NCBI GenBank assembly: GCA_965116495.1
Contig: OZ220696.1
Location: 2,528,001-2,592,000 of the forward strand
Length of the DNA stretch: 64,000 bases
Direction of reading: 5' to 3'
Source of the DNA: Gammaproteobacteria bacterium
GTDB lineage: Bacteria > Pseudomonadota > Gammaproteobacteria > Eutrophobiales > Eutrophobiaceae
The stretch's first letter is position 1; each line of letters begins with the position of its first letter. Below are positions 8,864-18,835 of this stretch, piece by piece. The notes under the pieces were generated by a model. That model made no database searches and had not been told where the DNA came from. It was given only the letters and a program-made list of their open reading frames with translations. Made by a program: the position numbers and the translations under genes.

Positions 8864-11236
8864 ATGAGGTGTAATCCAACCTGTTATTTCAGAAATTTAA
8901 TTCTATCCATCCTGGGTGTTGTATTGTTCGCGCCCACTGCCTCTGCTGAACTGGAAGAGATTATCGTGACCGCAACCAAGCGCGCCGAAAGCTCCCAGGA
9001 TATACCGCTTTCCATCGAAACCGTGTCGGGTGAAACAATGATGGATATGGGCATCACCGATCTCGCCGAACTTGCGGATACCATTCCCAATTTACAGGTA
9101 GGCTATGGTGTTACATCCCAGGCCATTGCCATCCGCGGCCTGGGGACAGGTCAGGAACGCAGCTTCGAACAGTCCGTCGCCATGTTCATCGACGGGATTT
9201 ACATGCCCCGTTCACGCCAGTACCAGTCCCCCTTCCTTGACGCGGAACGGGTCGAGGTGGCTCGCGGCCCGCAGTCCGTCATACACGGCCTTAACTCGAC
9301 TGCCGGTGCGATCAGTATCGTCACTAACAAGACCCGTCCGGGCGATGCGGCATTCCTGGACCTGACTGCGGACTATGAACTGGAACACGGCGGACCGTCA
9401 CTGGTTGCTATCATCGGCGGCTCCCCGTCCGACACGCTGGGCCTCAGGGCCGCGTTGAAAATTTCAGGCCGTGACGGGTATTTCAATAATTCGTTTACCG
9501 GTGAGGACGAGGGCGATACCGATGAGATGTTGCTTCGTATCAGCGCGGTGTGGGAGTTGAGCGAGGACGTTACCCTGAATGTCAAGTATGAGCGGGCCGA
9601 AAAGGAGATGGAAGGCAATACGGGCGAGTTGTTCGATGATGATGCCGGCACCTTTGCCGCGGGGACCGGGTTCGCCGAACCCAACGACGGCGTACTGAAC
9701 TGGTCCCGCACGTCAAATGGCTGTGAACCTGATCGCAGTGGTTTGCCTGATCCCATTACAGTAGCCGGAGCCCAACCGGAAACCTGTCCGGAGCAACGCA
9801 CACAGACTGATACCATCATAGCCGGCATCGAATGGCAACTCCCCGGTCATGTGTTGTCCGTTGCCGGTGGCCATTCGGAATTCGAATACGATATATCTCT
9901 CGACCTGGACACATACTCAGACGCGTTTGTGGTTGCAGGCATCGATGAGAACTTCGAGCAGGACTCCGTCGAGATCAGGTTAACGTCGGAAAAAGGCGGG
10001 ATGATCGATTACCTGGTGGGAGGTTATTACCAGAAATGGGAAAACTATAACTTGAACCCTGCCCAGTATGGTCCGGCGTTACTGGGGGGCCTGTTGAGCG
10101 CTGCCGGCCCCTTCGGCGCTAACGTTATGATAGATACCGGGAATTCTTTTGAACAGGAGTCCGAGATCTGGTCGGCGTTCGGTCAGGTTACCGTGAATGC
10201 TACGGACTCCCTGCGTATCACTGGCGGTGTTCGTTACACCGATGAAGACAAGCAGTCGTTGTATGACACGCGCTGTCATCTTGGTTTTGTCGATGCAGGT
10301 TTACTGATACCTCAACCTCTGCCCGGCCCGTTAGCCCTGTGTAACACCGATCCCTCTTCGGTTGGATTATTTGTAGACCGAAGCAGCGACAACTGGCTGC
10401 CGGAAGTGGCGCTGCAGTGGGACATGAATGAAGATATCATGCTGTATGCCAAGTGGGGCGAGAGCGCCAAGTCTGGTGGTTTTACTTCCGCCCAGAGAAC
10501 CGCTCCGGGCGGGATGCCCTTTGCGCCCGAAGATCAGGAATACGATGATGAGGAAGCCACAGGTTACGAGGTCGGTTTCAAGTCCCGCCTGCTCAATAAT
10601 TCCGCTGAACTGAATGTGGCCTTCTACCGCACCGAGTTTGATGACTTGCAGGTGAACTCATTCACACCGTCCGGCGCGGTTATCGTACAGCGTGTGACCA
10701 ACGCCGCCTCTGCCGTATCACAGGGCATCGAAGTGGATGGACGCTGGCAGGCCGGCGACTGGTTGTTACTGGGCGCCTCATTTGCCTACACCGATGCGGA
10801 ATACGACAGCTTCGTGAATGGAACCTGTAATTTTGCCAGCGGTATGACCAGTCCCTGCGACCAGTCTGACCGGTCATTGCCCCTCGCGCCCGAGTGGACC
10901 GGCAATATTTACGCCAATACAAGCTTTCCGATTGCCGATAACATCACCGGGATTGCCGACCTGAACGTGTCGTTCAGCGATGAGTTTTATACCGATGCCT
11001 CGCTGGAACCGGCAGGCTTGCAGGACTCCTATGCAAAGCTCTCGGCGCGTATCGGGGTTGAGGCAGCAGACGGCAAATGGACCCTGGCGCTGGTGGGCCG
11101 CAACCTGACGGATGAGAAAGTGTTATCCAGTTCACAGAGTTTCCTGGCGTCCCTGTTTCAGACAACCTACCTTGGATACCTGGAGCCGCCCAGGACAATC
11201 ATGATACAGGGGAACTACCGGTTCGGCGGCGAATAA
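8864..11236 (+). CDS. TonB-dependent outer-membrane receptor
   Basis: Signal peptide, TonB-box-like EEIIVTATKR, plug motifs IRGLG and RVEVARGPQ, C-terminal NYRF; start placed at ATG 8864 after a purine-rich RBS. Confidence 0.92.
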   Translation: MRCNPTCYFRNLILSILGVVLFAPTASAELEEIIVTATKRAESSQDIPLSIETVSGETMMDMGITDLAELADTIPNLQVGYGVTSQAIAIRGLGTGQERSFEQSVAMFIDGIYMPRSRQYQSPFLDAERVEVARGPQSVIHGLNSTAGAISIVTNKTRPGDAAFLDLTADYELEHGGPSLVAIIGGSPSDTLGLRAALKISGRDGYFNNSFTGEDEGDTDEMLLRISAVWELSEDVTLNVKYERAEKEMEGNTGELFDDDAGTFAAGTGFAEPNDGVLNWSRTSNGCEPDRSGLPDPITVAGAQPETCPEQRTQTDTIIAGIEWQLPGHVLSVAGGHSEFEYDISLDLDTYSDAFVVAGIDENFEQDSVEIRLTSEKGGMIDYLVGGYYQKWENYNLNPAQYGPALLGGLLSAAGPFGANVMIDTGNSFEQESEIWSAFGQVTVNATDSLRITGGVRYTDEDKQSLYDTRCHLGFVDAGLLIPQPLPGPLALCNTDPSSVGLFVDRSSDNWLPEVALQWDMNEDIMLYAKWGESAKSGGFTSAQRTAPGGMPFAPEDQEYDDEEATGYEVGFKSRLLNNSAELNVAFYRTEFDDLQVNSFTPSGAVIVQRVTNAASAVSQGIEVDGRWQAGDWLLLGASFAYTDAEYDSFVNGTCNFASGMTSPCDQSDRSLPLAPEWTGNIYANTSFPIADNITGIADLNVSFSDEFYTDASLEPAGLQDSYAKLSARIGVEAADGKWTLALVGRNLTDEKVLSSSQSFLASLFQTTYLGYLEPPRTIMIQGNYRFGGE

Positions 11237-11253
11237 TCTTCTTGATAGCCTGT

Positions 11254-11278
11254 GGGGACGGATTTTAAATCCGTCCCC
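11254..11278. repeat. REP-like palindrome, family B
   Basis: GGGGACGGATTT-T-AAATCCGTCCCC, perfect 12-bp arms. Confidence 0.85.
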
Positions 11279-11306
11279 TGTACGGCCAGGTATCAGGGGA
11301 AAATCC

Positions 11307-12143
11307 ATGATCAGGCTCGATTATTATGTAAGACGGAAACCCGGTGTCGACCTGCAGGATTTCAAAAACTGGTGGACCCGCCGACATGCCGATTTATGGC
11401 GCAAATCCGCTGAGACGCTGGGCATCAGACGCCACGTGCAACTGGTGGGTGATCCTGAAAACTCCATCGGCATCGGTTACCGCAAGGCCTATGACGCCAC
11501 CGGCGAACCTTTCGATGGCCTGGCCACAACCTGCTGGGCGGATATCCGCATACTACAGGCTGCGCTGGAAACCCCCGCCGGACAGGTGGCGTACCAGGAG
11601 ATACTGGCGGACGAACTGGAACACATCGATACTTCCCGTTGCCGTTTATCCTTCGGCGTAAACCATGCCGTGATTTTTCCGCGGGAGAACATCGAGGCTA
11701 CAAAAGAAACCGACTATACCCGGATAGCCTACTTCCCCGATGCCCTGCCCGGCCTGGCTATCCCTGAAGTGCAACGCCACTGGATTGCGGTGCATGGCGG
11801 CCTGACCCAGGACTATGCGCCTAACTCCCCTAACGCCAAATACATACAGGTGCACAGTTGTGAGCACGAACTTGCAGAAAGGATGCGAGCCGACCGCAAC
11901 ATGCCGGAACACGACCGGCACTTCGGCCATGCCGAGGTCTGGACCTCGCCCGCCGACCAGGAACGGGCTGCCAATAACCCCAGGCGTCAGGAGTTGTTTC
12001 CTCTCTACATCGAGGACATCGAGAACTTTGCCGATTCACACACCGGATACCTGCTGGCCGGCAAGGATCATTACGTGGTAAACAAGGAGATATACACTTC
12101 TCCCCTGCCGAACCCCAGGCCGGAAGTCAAGGGGTCAGAGTAA
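11307..12143 (+). CDS. Tandem EthD-like domain protein
   Basis: Two repeats of the pattern RKPG..F..WW...H / LPG....Q.HW...HG; PFDGLATTCW. Confidence 0.7.
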   Translation: MIRLDYYVRRKPGVDLQDFKNWWTRRHADLWRKSAETLGIRRHVQLVGDPENSIGIGYRKAYDATGEPFDGLATTCWADIRILQAALETPAGQVAYQEILADELEHIDTSRCRLSFGVNHAVIFPRENIEATKETDYTRIAYFPDALPGLAIPEVQRHWIAVHGGLTQDYAPNSPNAKYIQVHSCEHELAERMRADRNMPEHDRHFGHAEVWTSPADQERAANNPRRQELFPLYIEDIENFADSHTGYLLAGKDHYVVNKEIYTSPLPNPRPEVKGSE

Positions 12144-12199
12144 AAAAATCGAGGTACATATATGCGATACCCGCAAGCGCCTTTTTTTACTCTGACCCC
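12131..12199. repeat. REP-like inverted-repeat element, family B
   Basis: GGGGTCAGAGTAAAAAAA (12131-12148) pairs with TTTTTTTACTCTGACCCC (12182-12199); the left arm contains the upstream gene's stop codon. Confidence 0.85.
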
Positions 12200-12253
12200 A
12201 TATATTAAGGATGCCGGCCAAGTGATTAAGTGACCCTGCCCAAAAAATCATAT

Positions 12254-12282
12254 CGTCATTCCCGCGCAAGCGGGAATCCAGT
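12254..12282 (+). repeat. REP-like palindrome, family A
   Basis: CGTCATTCCCGCGCAAGCGGGAATCCAGT. Confidence 0.85.
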
Positions 12283-12316
12283 CGGTTAAACTATTCCTTA
12301 TACTGTTCCGTAAACA

Positions 12317-13090
12317 ATGAGCGTAAATATCGACATGAGCGGCAGGGTCGCGTTGATCACCGGCGCGGCGCGGGGCATCGGCGCGGCGACTGCGCGGGCA
12401 TTCGCCGAGGCAGGCGCGAACCTGGTGCTGACTGACAGGCTGGAGGGGGTGAAACAAGTTGCCGCCGACCTGGAAGGCTACGGTATCAAGGCGGTGGCTT
12501 ACGTTGCTGATATTTCCAGACCGGAGAACTGCGAGGCGGTTGCCGGCCTGGCTATGTCTGAATTCGGCCGGCTGGATTATGCCTTCAACAATGCGGGCGT
12601 CGGTTCTTCACCGGCTCCCGTGGGCGAGATGGCGGACGAGGACTGGCACCGGATTATGGATGTCAACCTGAACGCGGTGTATTACTGCATCAAGCACCAG
12701 GTGCACGCGATGCTTGCCGATGGCGGTGGCGTCATCATCAACAACAGTTCTTTCTGCGGCGTCGCCCCGCTCCAGGATTCCAGTATCGAATACACATCCG
12801 CCAAGCACGGCGTCATCGGCCTGACCCGGCAGGTCGCCCTGAACCACGCGGCCGAGGGCATCCGCTGCATCGCAGTGTGTCCGGGTTTTATCATGACGCC
12901 GCTGACGGACGCCGACCAGGGAAGCCCCATAAGCAAGGAAACCCGGGAGTGGATGCTTAACCGTACTCCCCAGGGCCGCCTGGGACAACCGGAAGATGTC
13001 GCCAGGGTCGTCCGCATGCTGTGTTCGGAGGAAGCGGCTTACATCAACGGCGCGTGGATCCCGGTGGACGGCGGCCTGCTGTTGTCCTGA
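12317..13090 (+). CDS. Short-chain dehydrogenase/reductase
   Basis: TGAARGIG, NNAG, YTSAK. Confidence 0.92.
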   Translation: MSVNIDMSGRVALITGAARGIGAATARAFAEAGANLVLTDRLEGVKQVAADLEGYGIKAVAYVADISRPENCEAVAGLAMSEFGRLDYAFNNAGVGSSPAPVGEMADEDWHRIMDVNLNAVYYCIKHQVHAMLADGGGVIINNSSFCGVAPLQDSSIEYTSAKHGVIGLTRQVALNHAAEGIRCIAVCPGFIMTPLTDADQGSPISKETREWMLNRTPQGRLGQPEDVARVVRMLCSEEAAYINGAWIPVDGGLLLS

Positions 13091-13188
13091 AACAGTGCCC
13101 ATCCTATTTCCGGAACAGTTTTTACGTCGAATGCTGATAAGTCAGATTTAAGGCGCCTGGGAATGGATTCGTCAAGCAGCAATTTCAT
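13039..13188 (-). pseudogene. Truncated DUF5615/PIN-like toxin
   Basis: MKLLLDESIPRRLKSDLSAFDVKTVPEIGWA, then runs antisense into the SDR and stops at 49 codons; start overlaps the DUF433 gene end. Confidence 0.75.
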
Positions 13189-13390
13189 TGGTCAATGCGT
13201 GTTTTGCCTGTTCAAGCGCCATAATCGCTTGTTCACGACTGACTGTAGGAAAGTCTTCAAGAAAGGTATTCAGGGTTTCGCCACTCTCAAGATAGTCCAT
13301 CATTGTTTGAAACGGCACTCGGGTGCCATAAAAAACACAAGCTCCACTCATGATACCTGAGTTTGATACAATCACTTTCATCTCATCCAT
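13172..13390 (-). CDS. DUF433 family antitoxin
   Basis: IMSGACVFYGTRVP...FLEDFPTVSREQ signature. Confidence 0.88.
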   Translation of the reverse strand: MDEMKVIVSNSGIMSGACVFYGTRVPFQTMMDYLESGETLNTFLEDFPTVSREQAIMALEQAKHALTNEIAA

Positions 13391-13541
13391 AATATCAACA
13401 CCAGTATGATTAGTAAGTTTCTGTCTGATAATTATATCCTGTCAGTAACTACAATGTTCGACCCCATTGATATGGCGCGCTGGGTTCACGGTATGGTAGC
13501 AGACCGGCCGGCCGATTCATGATGTTCCTGCCCCTGAATTG

Positions 13542-13555
13542 ATACTTTCGGGTGA
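13542..13555 (+). promoter_or_regulatory. Candidate activator site shared with 21383-21396
   Basis: ATACTTTCGGGTGA, a 13/14 match to the minus-strand motif upstream of the convergent operon. Confidence 0.4.
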
Positions 13556-13629
13556 TGTTTAAAGGCAAAAAATACGTTACCGTTTGAATTCAGGCCACGG
13601 CGTTTGCCGAAACAGGAGGAGAACAAAAT

Positions 13630-14736
13630 ATGAGTAACAAACCAGTCGTCGTCTACGGCGCCAGCGGCTATACCGGCCGCCTGGTATGCGAATATCTGAG
13701 GCAATACCAGATCCCCTTTGTCGCCGCGGGCCGCAACAGGGAGCGCCTGGATAAGATCATGTCCATGGTGCCCGGCATCGAAACCGCGGACTATGAGATT
13801 GCGGAGGTAGAGCACAGCGTTCAAGGACTAGCTGACCTGTTCAAAGGTGCTGAGGTGGTCTGCAACGTGATAGGCCCCTTCGAGTACCTCGGCGAACCGG
13901 TCGTGGAAGCCGCGTTGAAAGCGGGCTGCCATTATATCGATACGACCGGCGAGCCGGCGTTCATCAAATCTGTTAAAGCAAAATTCGGCAGCCTTTATGC
14001 TGATGCCGGCCTGGCCCTGGCGCCCAGCGTCGCCTATATGTATGCGCCCCTGGACATCTGTGCCCGTTACTGCCTGGAAAAAGAGGGCATAGACAGCCTG
14101 GAGGCCGTGGCCTCGGCCACTGCCATCCCCACCTATGCGTCCACCCAATCCATTTTTGCCCTGTTCAAGGAACCGGCGACATTCCTGGAGAATAACCGCA
14201 TAGTGGAATGGCCGGCGGCCAGGGGTTACGAGGTGATGGTGTCGGGCCACGCCATTACCCAGTTTGCCCATCCCTGGGGCGGGGGTGGCCTGCCGATCTG
14301 GTTCGAGGACGACTACCGGGTGCGCAATTGCAGGCAATTGACCAGTTTTACCAACCGACCCATGTTCGAGGCCGTGGTAAATATTCACAAACACTATGAG
14401 GAGAATATCAAGCCCCTGCCCAGGGAGGAGCAGGAAAAGGCCTTGAGTGAGCTCGCCGCGGGCATGCAACCGGGAGAGCCGCCCCGGGAGAACATGTTAA
14501 TCCACCGCACCAGCGACCAGGTGGTGGGTACGGGCAGCTCCGCGCAACGCACGGTCGTGTTGCGCAGCGGACCGGCCTACCACCAGACCGGTATCTTCCA
14601 GGCGGCCGCGGCCAACAAGTTGCTGCACGATGGTACTGACAAGGCTGGTTTTGCCTCACCCTGCGAAGTGGCTGGTCACCGTTACCTGCTGGGTGAGTTG
14701 AAAAATTTTCTGCCCACTGAACTGGAAATCAGCTAA
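13630..14736 (+). CDS. Saccharopine-dehydrogenase-like NAD(P) oxidoreductase (DUF5938-type)
   Basis: VYGASGYTGRLV, AAGRN, VCNVIGPF, HYIDTTGE; strong RBS. Confidence 0.8.
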   Translation: MSNKPVVVYGASGYTGRLVCEYLRQYQIPFVAAGRNRERLDKIMSMVPGIETADYEIAEVEHSVQGLADLFKGAEVVCNVIGPFEYLGEPVVEAALKAGCHYIDTTGEPAFIKSVKAKFGSLYADAGLALAPSVAYMYAPLDICARYCLEKEGIDSLEAVASATAIPTYASTQSIFALFKEPATFLENNRIVEWPAARGYEVMVSGHAITQFAHPWGGGGLPIWFEDDYRVRNCRQLTSFTNRPMFEAVVNIHKHYEENIKPLPREEQEKALSELAAGMQPGEPPRENMLIHRTSDQVVGTGSSAQRTVVLRSGPAYHQTGIFQAAAANKLLHDGTDKAGFASPCEVAGHRYLLGELKNFLPTELEIS

Positions 14737-14745
14737 CACATCGCG

Positions 14746-16299
14746 ATGCGCATTATCGACTTCTTCGACCAGGGCGTTCGCTATTACACCGACAAGGTAG
14801 CTATTGTCGACAACAACAGCCGCTATACCTACGCGGAGGCAGACCGGCAGGTACACCGGATTGCCGCGGCCATTCACGGCAACGGTTTCGGCAAGGGAAC
14901 CCGCGTCGGTGTGTATTCGCCCAATTCAAACGCTGCCTGGCTGGCATTACTGGCCTTGATGCGGGCGGAAGGGGTGTGGTTGCCGATCAACCCGCGCAAT
15001 AATGCTGCAACCAATATCGACCTGGGCAGCCGGTTCGGGATGGACATGCTGTTCTACGATTCCTGTTTCAATGAACAGGTAAAGGAGATACAGGCGGCAG
15101 TGCCCGGAATAAGGGAATTTGTCTGTATTGAAGGCGAGGGGAGCGTCGGCAGGGGACTGGCTGAATTTACCGGGGGACACGGTGACTATCACCAGACAGG
15201 TCCTCAGCAGGCAGGTGAAGTGGCTGCGATATTCCCTACCGGCGGCACCACCGGCAAATCCAAGGGTGTGTTGATGAACCATGAAGCCCTGGAGACCTTC
15301 GCAGCGAATTATTATGCGCATTTCCACTACCGTGAAGACAGCGTAAATCTGGTTGTCGCGCCGATGACCCATGCTGCCGGTATCATGGGTTGCCTTCATT
15401 TCACGCGCGGCGGCAAGAACGTGGTGGTCAAAAACGTGGACCCGCTGTCGATCATGCAGGATATTCAGACGCACAGAGTGACGCACCTGTTCCTGCCGCC
15501 CACGTTGATGTACATGATGCTCGCCCATTCGGACGTGGGGAAATATGACTACTCGTCCCTGCAGCACTTCGTCGTCGGCGCTGCCCCCACCTCCCTGGAA
15601 AAACTCAAGGAGGCGGTAGCGGTATTCGGGCTCTGCATGTCAGAAGCCTACGGCCAGGTTGAGGCCCCGGCCGCGATTACCCTGAAAGCGCCCTGGGATT
15701 ACCTGGATGGGGACGGCGATATAGATGAAGAACGATTAAAAAGTATTGGCCGGCCCGGCTGTTTCAACCAGGTGAACATATTTGACGAAGATGGAAAAGA
15801 AGTTCCTCGCGGCCAGCCGGGAGAAATTTGCGTAAAAAGCCGCCTGGTCACGCTCGGTTACCTGGATGACCCGGAAGCCACGCTCGAAGCGTTCCGCAAC
15901 GGCTGGTTGTGGACGGGGGACATAGGGATTATGGATAACAACGGTTATATCAACATAGTAGACCGCAGGAAGGACATGATCATCAGCGGCGGCTTCAACA
16001 TCTATCCCAACGAAGTGGAGCAGGTGTTGATGGAACATCATGCAGTACAGGAAGCGGCCGTCATCGGTATTCCCAGCGAGAAATGGGGAGAAGCGGTAAA
16101 AGGCATCATTCAGTTGCGACCAGGACAGGAGGTAAGTGAACACGAACTGATTGCTCTGGCAAAAGAAAAACTGGGCAGCGTCAAAGCGCCGAAAAGCATC
16201 GACTTTATCGAAGAGTTCCCCAAGAGCGCGGCAGGAAAAGTATTGAAAACCGAACTGCGCAAACCTTATTGGCAGGGCAGGGAAAGAGCTGTAAATTAG
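14746..16299 (+). CDS. Acyl-CoA synthetase (AMP-forming)
   Basis: PTGGTTGKSKG, YGQVE, TGDIG, DRRKDMIISGG, GKVLK. Confidence 0.92.
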   Translation: MRIIDFFDQGVRYYTDKVAIVDNNSRYTYAEADRQVHRIAAAIHGNGFGKGTRVGVYSPNSNAAWLALLALMRAEGVWLPINPRNNAATNIDLGSRFGMDMLFYDSCFNEQVKEIQAAVPGIREFVCIEGEGSVGRGLAEFTGGHGDYHQTGPQQAGEVAAIFPTGGTTGKSKGVLMNHEALETFAANYYAHFHYREDSVNLVVAPMTHAAGIMGCLHFTRGGKNVVVKNVDPLSIMQDIQTHRVTHLFLPPTLMYMMLAHSDVGKYDYSSLQHFVVGAAPTSLEKLKEAVAVFGLCMSEAYGQVEAPAAITLKAPWDYLDGDGDIDEERLKSIGRPGCFNQVNIFDEDGKEVPRGQPGEICVKSRLVTLGYLDDPEATLEAFRNGWLWTGDIGIMDNNGYINIVDRRKDMIISGGFNIYPNEVEQVLMEHHAVQEAAVIGIPSEKWGEAVKGIIQLRPGQEVSEHELIALAKEKLGSVKAPKSIDFIEEFPKSAAGKVLKTELRKPYWQGRERAVN

Positions 16300-17054
16300 C
16301 TTGCCAGCATACCGCCGTCAACTTGCAGATAGGCGCCATTTACGTATGCGGCATCCTCCGAACACAGCATTCGCACCACATTGCCGATATCTTCCGGCTG
16401 TCCAAGCCGTCCTTGTGGAATACGGGCGATTAGCCCTTCTCTGGCTTCACCCTGCAGGCTGGCTTGCGTCATCGCTGTCTCAATAAAACCCGGGCCGATA
16501 GCGACACAACGAATACCTTTACCGGCATACTCCAGAGCGGTTGAACGGGTAAGTCCGACGATGCCATGTTTTGCGGCCACATAGTGGGAGAAGCCGGCTA
16601 CCGGGCGCATGCCGCAGATGGAAGAGGTATTAATTATAACGCCTCTTCCCGTTTCCAGCATGGCGATGACCTCATATTTAATACAGTGGAAAACACTGCT
16701 CAAATTAACCGCTATCATCCTGTCCCAGTTGTCTCTGGTTATTTCGTGGAGAGATACGGGATCCCCGCCAATTCCTGCGTTATTAAAAGCAAAATCCAGG
16801 CGCCCGTATTCTGATACAGCCAGTTTGACCATTGCCTCGCACTCTTCAGGCCTGGAAACATCTGTTATCCTGGCTTTTGCAGTACCGCCTGCTGCTTCAA
16901 TATTACCGGCAAGATCCTTCACCTCTTCCAGGATGTCAGTGAGTACGACTGTTGCGCCTGCATCGGCCAATGCTCTCGCCGCGGCCGCGCCAATGCCTCG
17001 AGCAGCTCCTGAAATAACAGCTACTTTTCCACTGAAATCAATTTCTGTACTCAT
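16296..17054 (-). CDS. Short-chain dehydrogenase/reductase (paralog of 12317-13090)
   Basis: SGAARGIG, NNAG, YVAAK; C-terminus nearly identical to the first SDR. Confidence 0.92.
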   Translation of the reverse strand: MSTEIDFSGKVAVISGAARGIGAAAARALADAGATVVLTDILEEVKDLAGNIEAAGGTAKARITDVSRPEECEAMVKLAVSEYGRLDFAFNNAGIGGDPVSLHEITRDNWDRMIAVNLSSVFHCIKYEVIAMLETGRGVIINTSSICGMRPVAGFSHYVAAKHGIVGLTRSTALEYAGKGIRCVAIGPGFIETAMTQASLQGEAREGLIARIPQGRLGQPEDIGNVVRMLCSEDAAYVNGAYLQVDGGMLAS

Positions 17055-17125
17055 AGCACTCTTCCCTGTTTACATTAGCCTCATTAGTTTTCGTGATTCT
17101 CAGATCCGAATGTCACAGCGTTAAT

Positions 17126-17953
17126 TTAATCCAGGCTGAACAGGGTCGGGAGTGGTTCGGTAATAACAGGTTCGTCCAGAATTATATGTTCTCTTGTTCC
17201 CAGGTAGTGAGACAATCCAGGGTTTACAAAAAGTTCAATATCTTCAGTCAACATGTGCATCATGCGTTCAGCTTCAGGATCATTCATAGCGTCAGGGGCA
17301 GAGCGTGCGAGCCATGCCTCAGCCTGACCTATATTGGTATCCAGATTTTCAAACTCATCGCCCAGCAAAGATTTAAAATCATCAATAACTTTGGATTCGA
17401 CGCGATGACCCTGTATGTACTTATCAAAAGGCAAACGCTTTATGAACTGGCGCGCCAGGGTGCCATGACAGTTTATCCAGTGTAATTGGGCCTGGGCCAG
17501 AGACAATCCCGGCAGACGTTGCGGCACATAGAACACCTTCATATAGTTTGTGTCATCGGTTGCCACATAGCTCTCACGAGAAAAAACCTGAGGAATTTCA
17601 ATGGAAAGCCAGTAATCGGATCGTGAAAAGTTAACGTAGCTATTACAGGATTTGTGTAAATCAATTATTTCATTACGGACTTCTCTGCGGGCAAGACCTG
17701 ATTTAAAAAGTTCGAAGTCATTAATATGCATCTGATCGACGAAATCATACCCATCCGTTGCGGTGCCGTATATTTGAACAAGTAGTTTGTGTAGTTCATC
17801 TTCAAACAGGGTTTCGCATTTCACGTACTTGCGGATGCCCAGTTCACCTGCCAATTGCAAACTTTTTTCACTATGTTCATTCAACCAGAAATTTCTGAAA
17901 TCATCCGGAGATATATCATCATGCTTGCGAACGACGTAGTTAAGGGTAATCAT
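17126..17953 (-). CDS. Tandem EthD-like domain protein (paralog of 11307-12143)
   Basis: Colinear similarity: MITLNYVVRK, RLPGLSLAQAQLHWINCHG, KYIQGH, GQAEAW. Confidence 0.7.
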   Translation of the reverse strand: MITLNYVVRKHDDISPDDFRNFWLNEHSEKSLQLAGELGIRKYVKCETLFEDELHKLLVQIYGTATDGYDFVDQMHINDFELFKSGLARREVRNEIIDLHKSCNSYVNFSRSDYWLSIEIPQVFSRESYVATDDTNYMKVFYVPQRLPGLSLAQAQLHWINCHGTLARQFIKRLPFDKYIQGHRVESKVIDDFKSLLGDEFENLDTNIGQAEAWLARSAPDAMNDPEAERMMHMLTEDIELFVNPGLSHYLGTREHIILDEPVITEPLPTLFSLD

Positions 17954-18005
17954 TGTTGAAATATTTCCACATTATTTATGTGTGCGCGGATTCCAGATAT
18001 ACGGA

Positions 18006-18806
18006 TTAAATTGCATAACCGCCATCCACCTTGATTTCCACACCTGTAGAGAAACCGGATGCATCGGAGGCCAGGTATAATACGGCGTAGGCAACCTCTT
18101 CAGGGATACCCAGACGCCCCATGGGATGCTGTCTTATAATCTCTTCGTTCATGGCTTTTATATCCCCTTCCATGAAGGTGTCTGCCCATGACTTCATTGC
18201 TGCCTGAGACATGGGAGATTCAATAACTGCCGGATGTACGGTATTGACGCGAATTCCCATATTGAGGTCGGCACACTCAACGGCAACCGCCTTGGAAAAT
18301 AAATGTACTGCCGCTTTACTTGCGCAATAGGCGGAATGGCCGGTACTTCCTTTTAAAGCGGCACAAGAAGATATATTGATAATGGAACCGCCTTGTCCTG
18401 CGACACCCTGAGGGCGCATCGCCCGAACGGCCTCCCTGGTACCCAGGAACACACCGTCGATATTGGTGGTCATGAGTTTTTTCCATTGTGTCAGAGACGT
18501 ATCAGACAAAAAACGAACGTCAAATATGCCGGCATTGTTTACGAGTATATTAAACCCGCCGAACATATCGATAGTGCCGTCAACGACCTCAGCCCATCCT
18601 CCTTCAGAGGTGACATCAAGGTGAAGGAAATGGGCTTCATAACCTGTGGCGCGAATGGAATGCGCGACGTCCTCACCCTCATCATCCAAAATATCAGTAA
18701 CAATTATTTTTGCGCCAGCTTCAGCCAGGGTCCTGGCACAGGACATACCTATACCCATTGCTGCGCCGGTGACAATAGCAACTTTGCCTTTCACATCGAT
18801 AGTCAT
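18006..18806 (-). CDS. Short-chain dehydrogenase/reductase
   Basis: TGAAMGIG, NNAG, YCASK, IRVNTVHP. Confidence 0.92.
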   Translation of the reverse strand: MTIDVKGKVAIVTGAAMGIGMSCARTLAEAGAKIIVTDILDDEGEDVAHSIRATGYEAHFLHLDVTSEGGWAEVVDGTIDMFGGFNILVNNAGIFDVRFLSDTSLTQWKKLMTTNIDGVFLGTREAVRAMRPQGVAGQGGSIINISSCAALKGSTGHSAYCASKAAVHLFSKAVAVECADLNMGIRVNTVHPAVIESPMSQAAMKSWADTFMEGDIKAMNEEIIRQHPMGRLGIPEEVAYAVLYLASDASGFSTGVEIKVDGGYAI

Positions 18807-18835
18807 AACGAAAATCTCAAGTCAACCTGGTAGTT

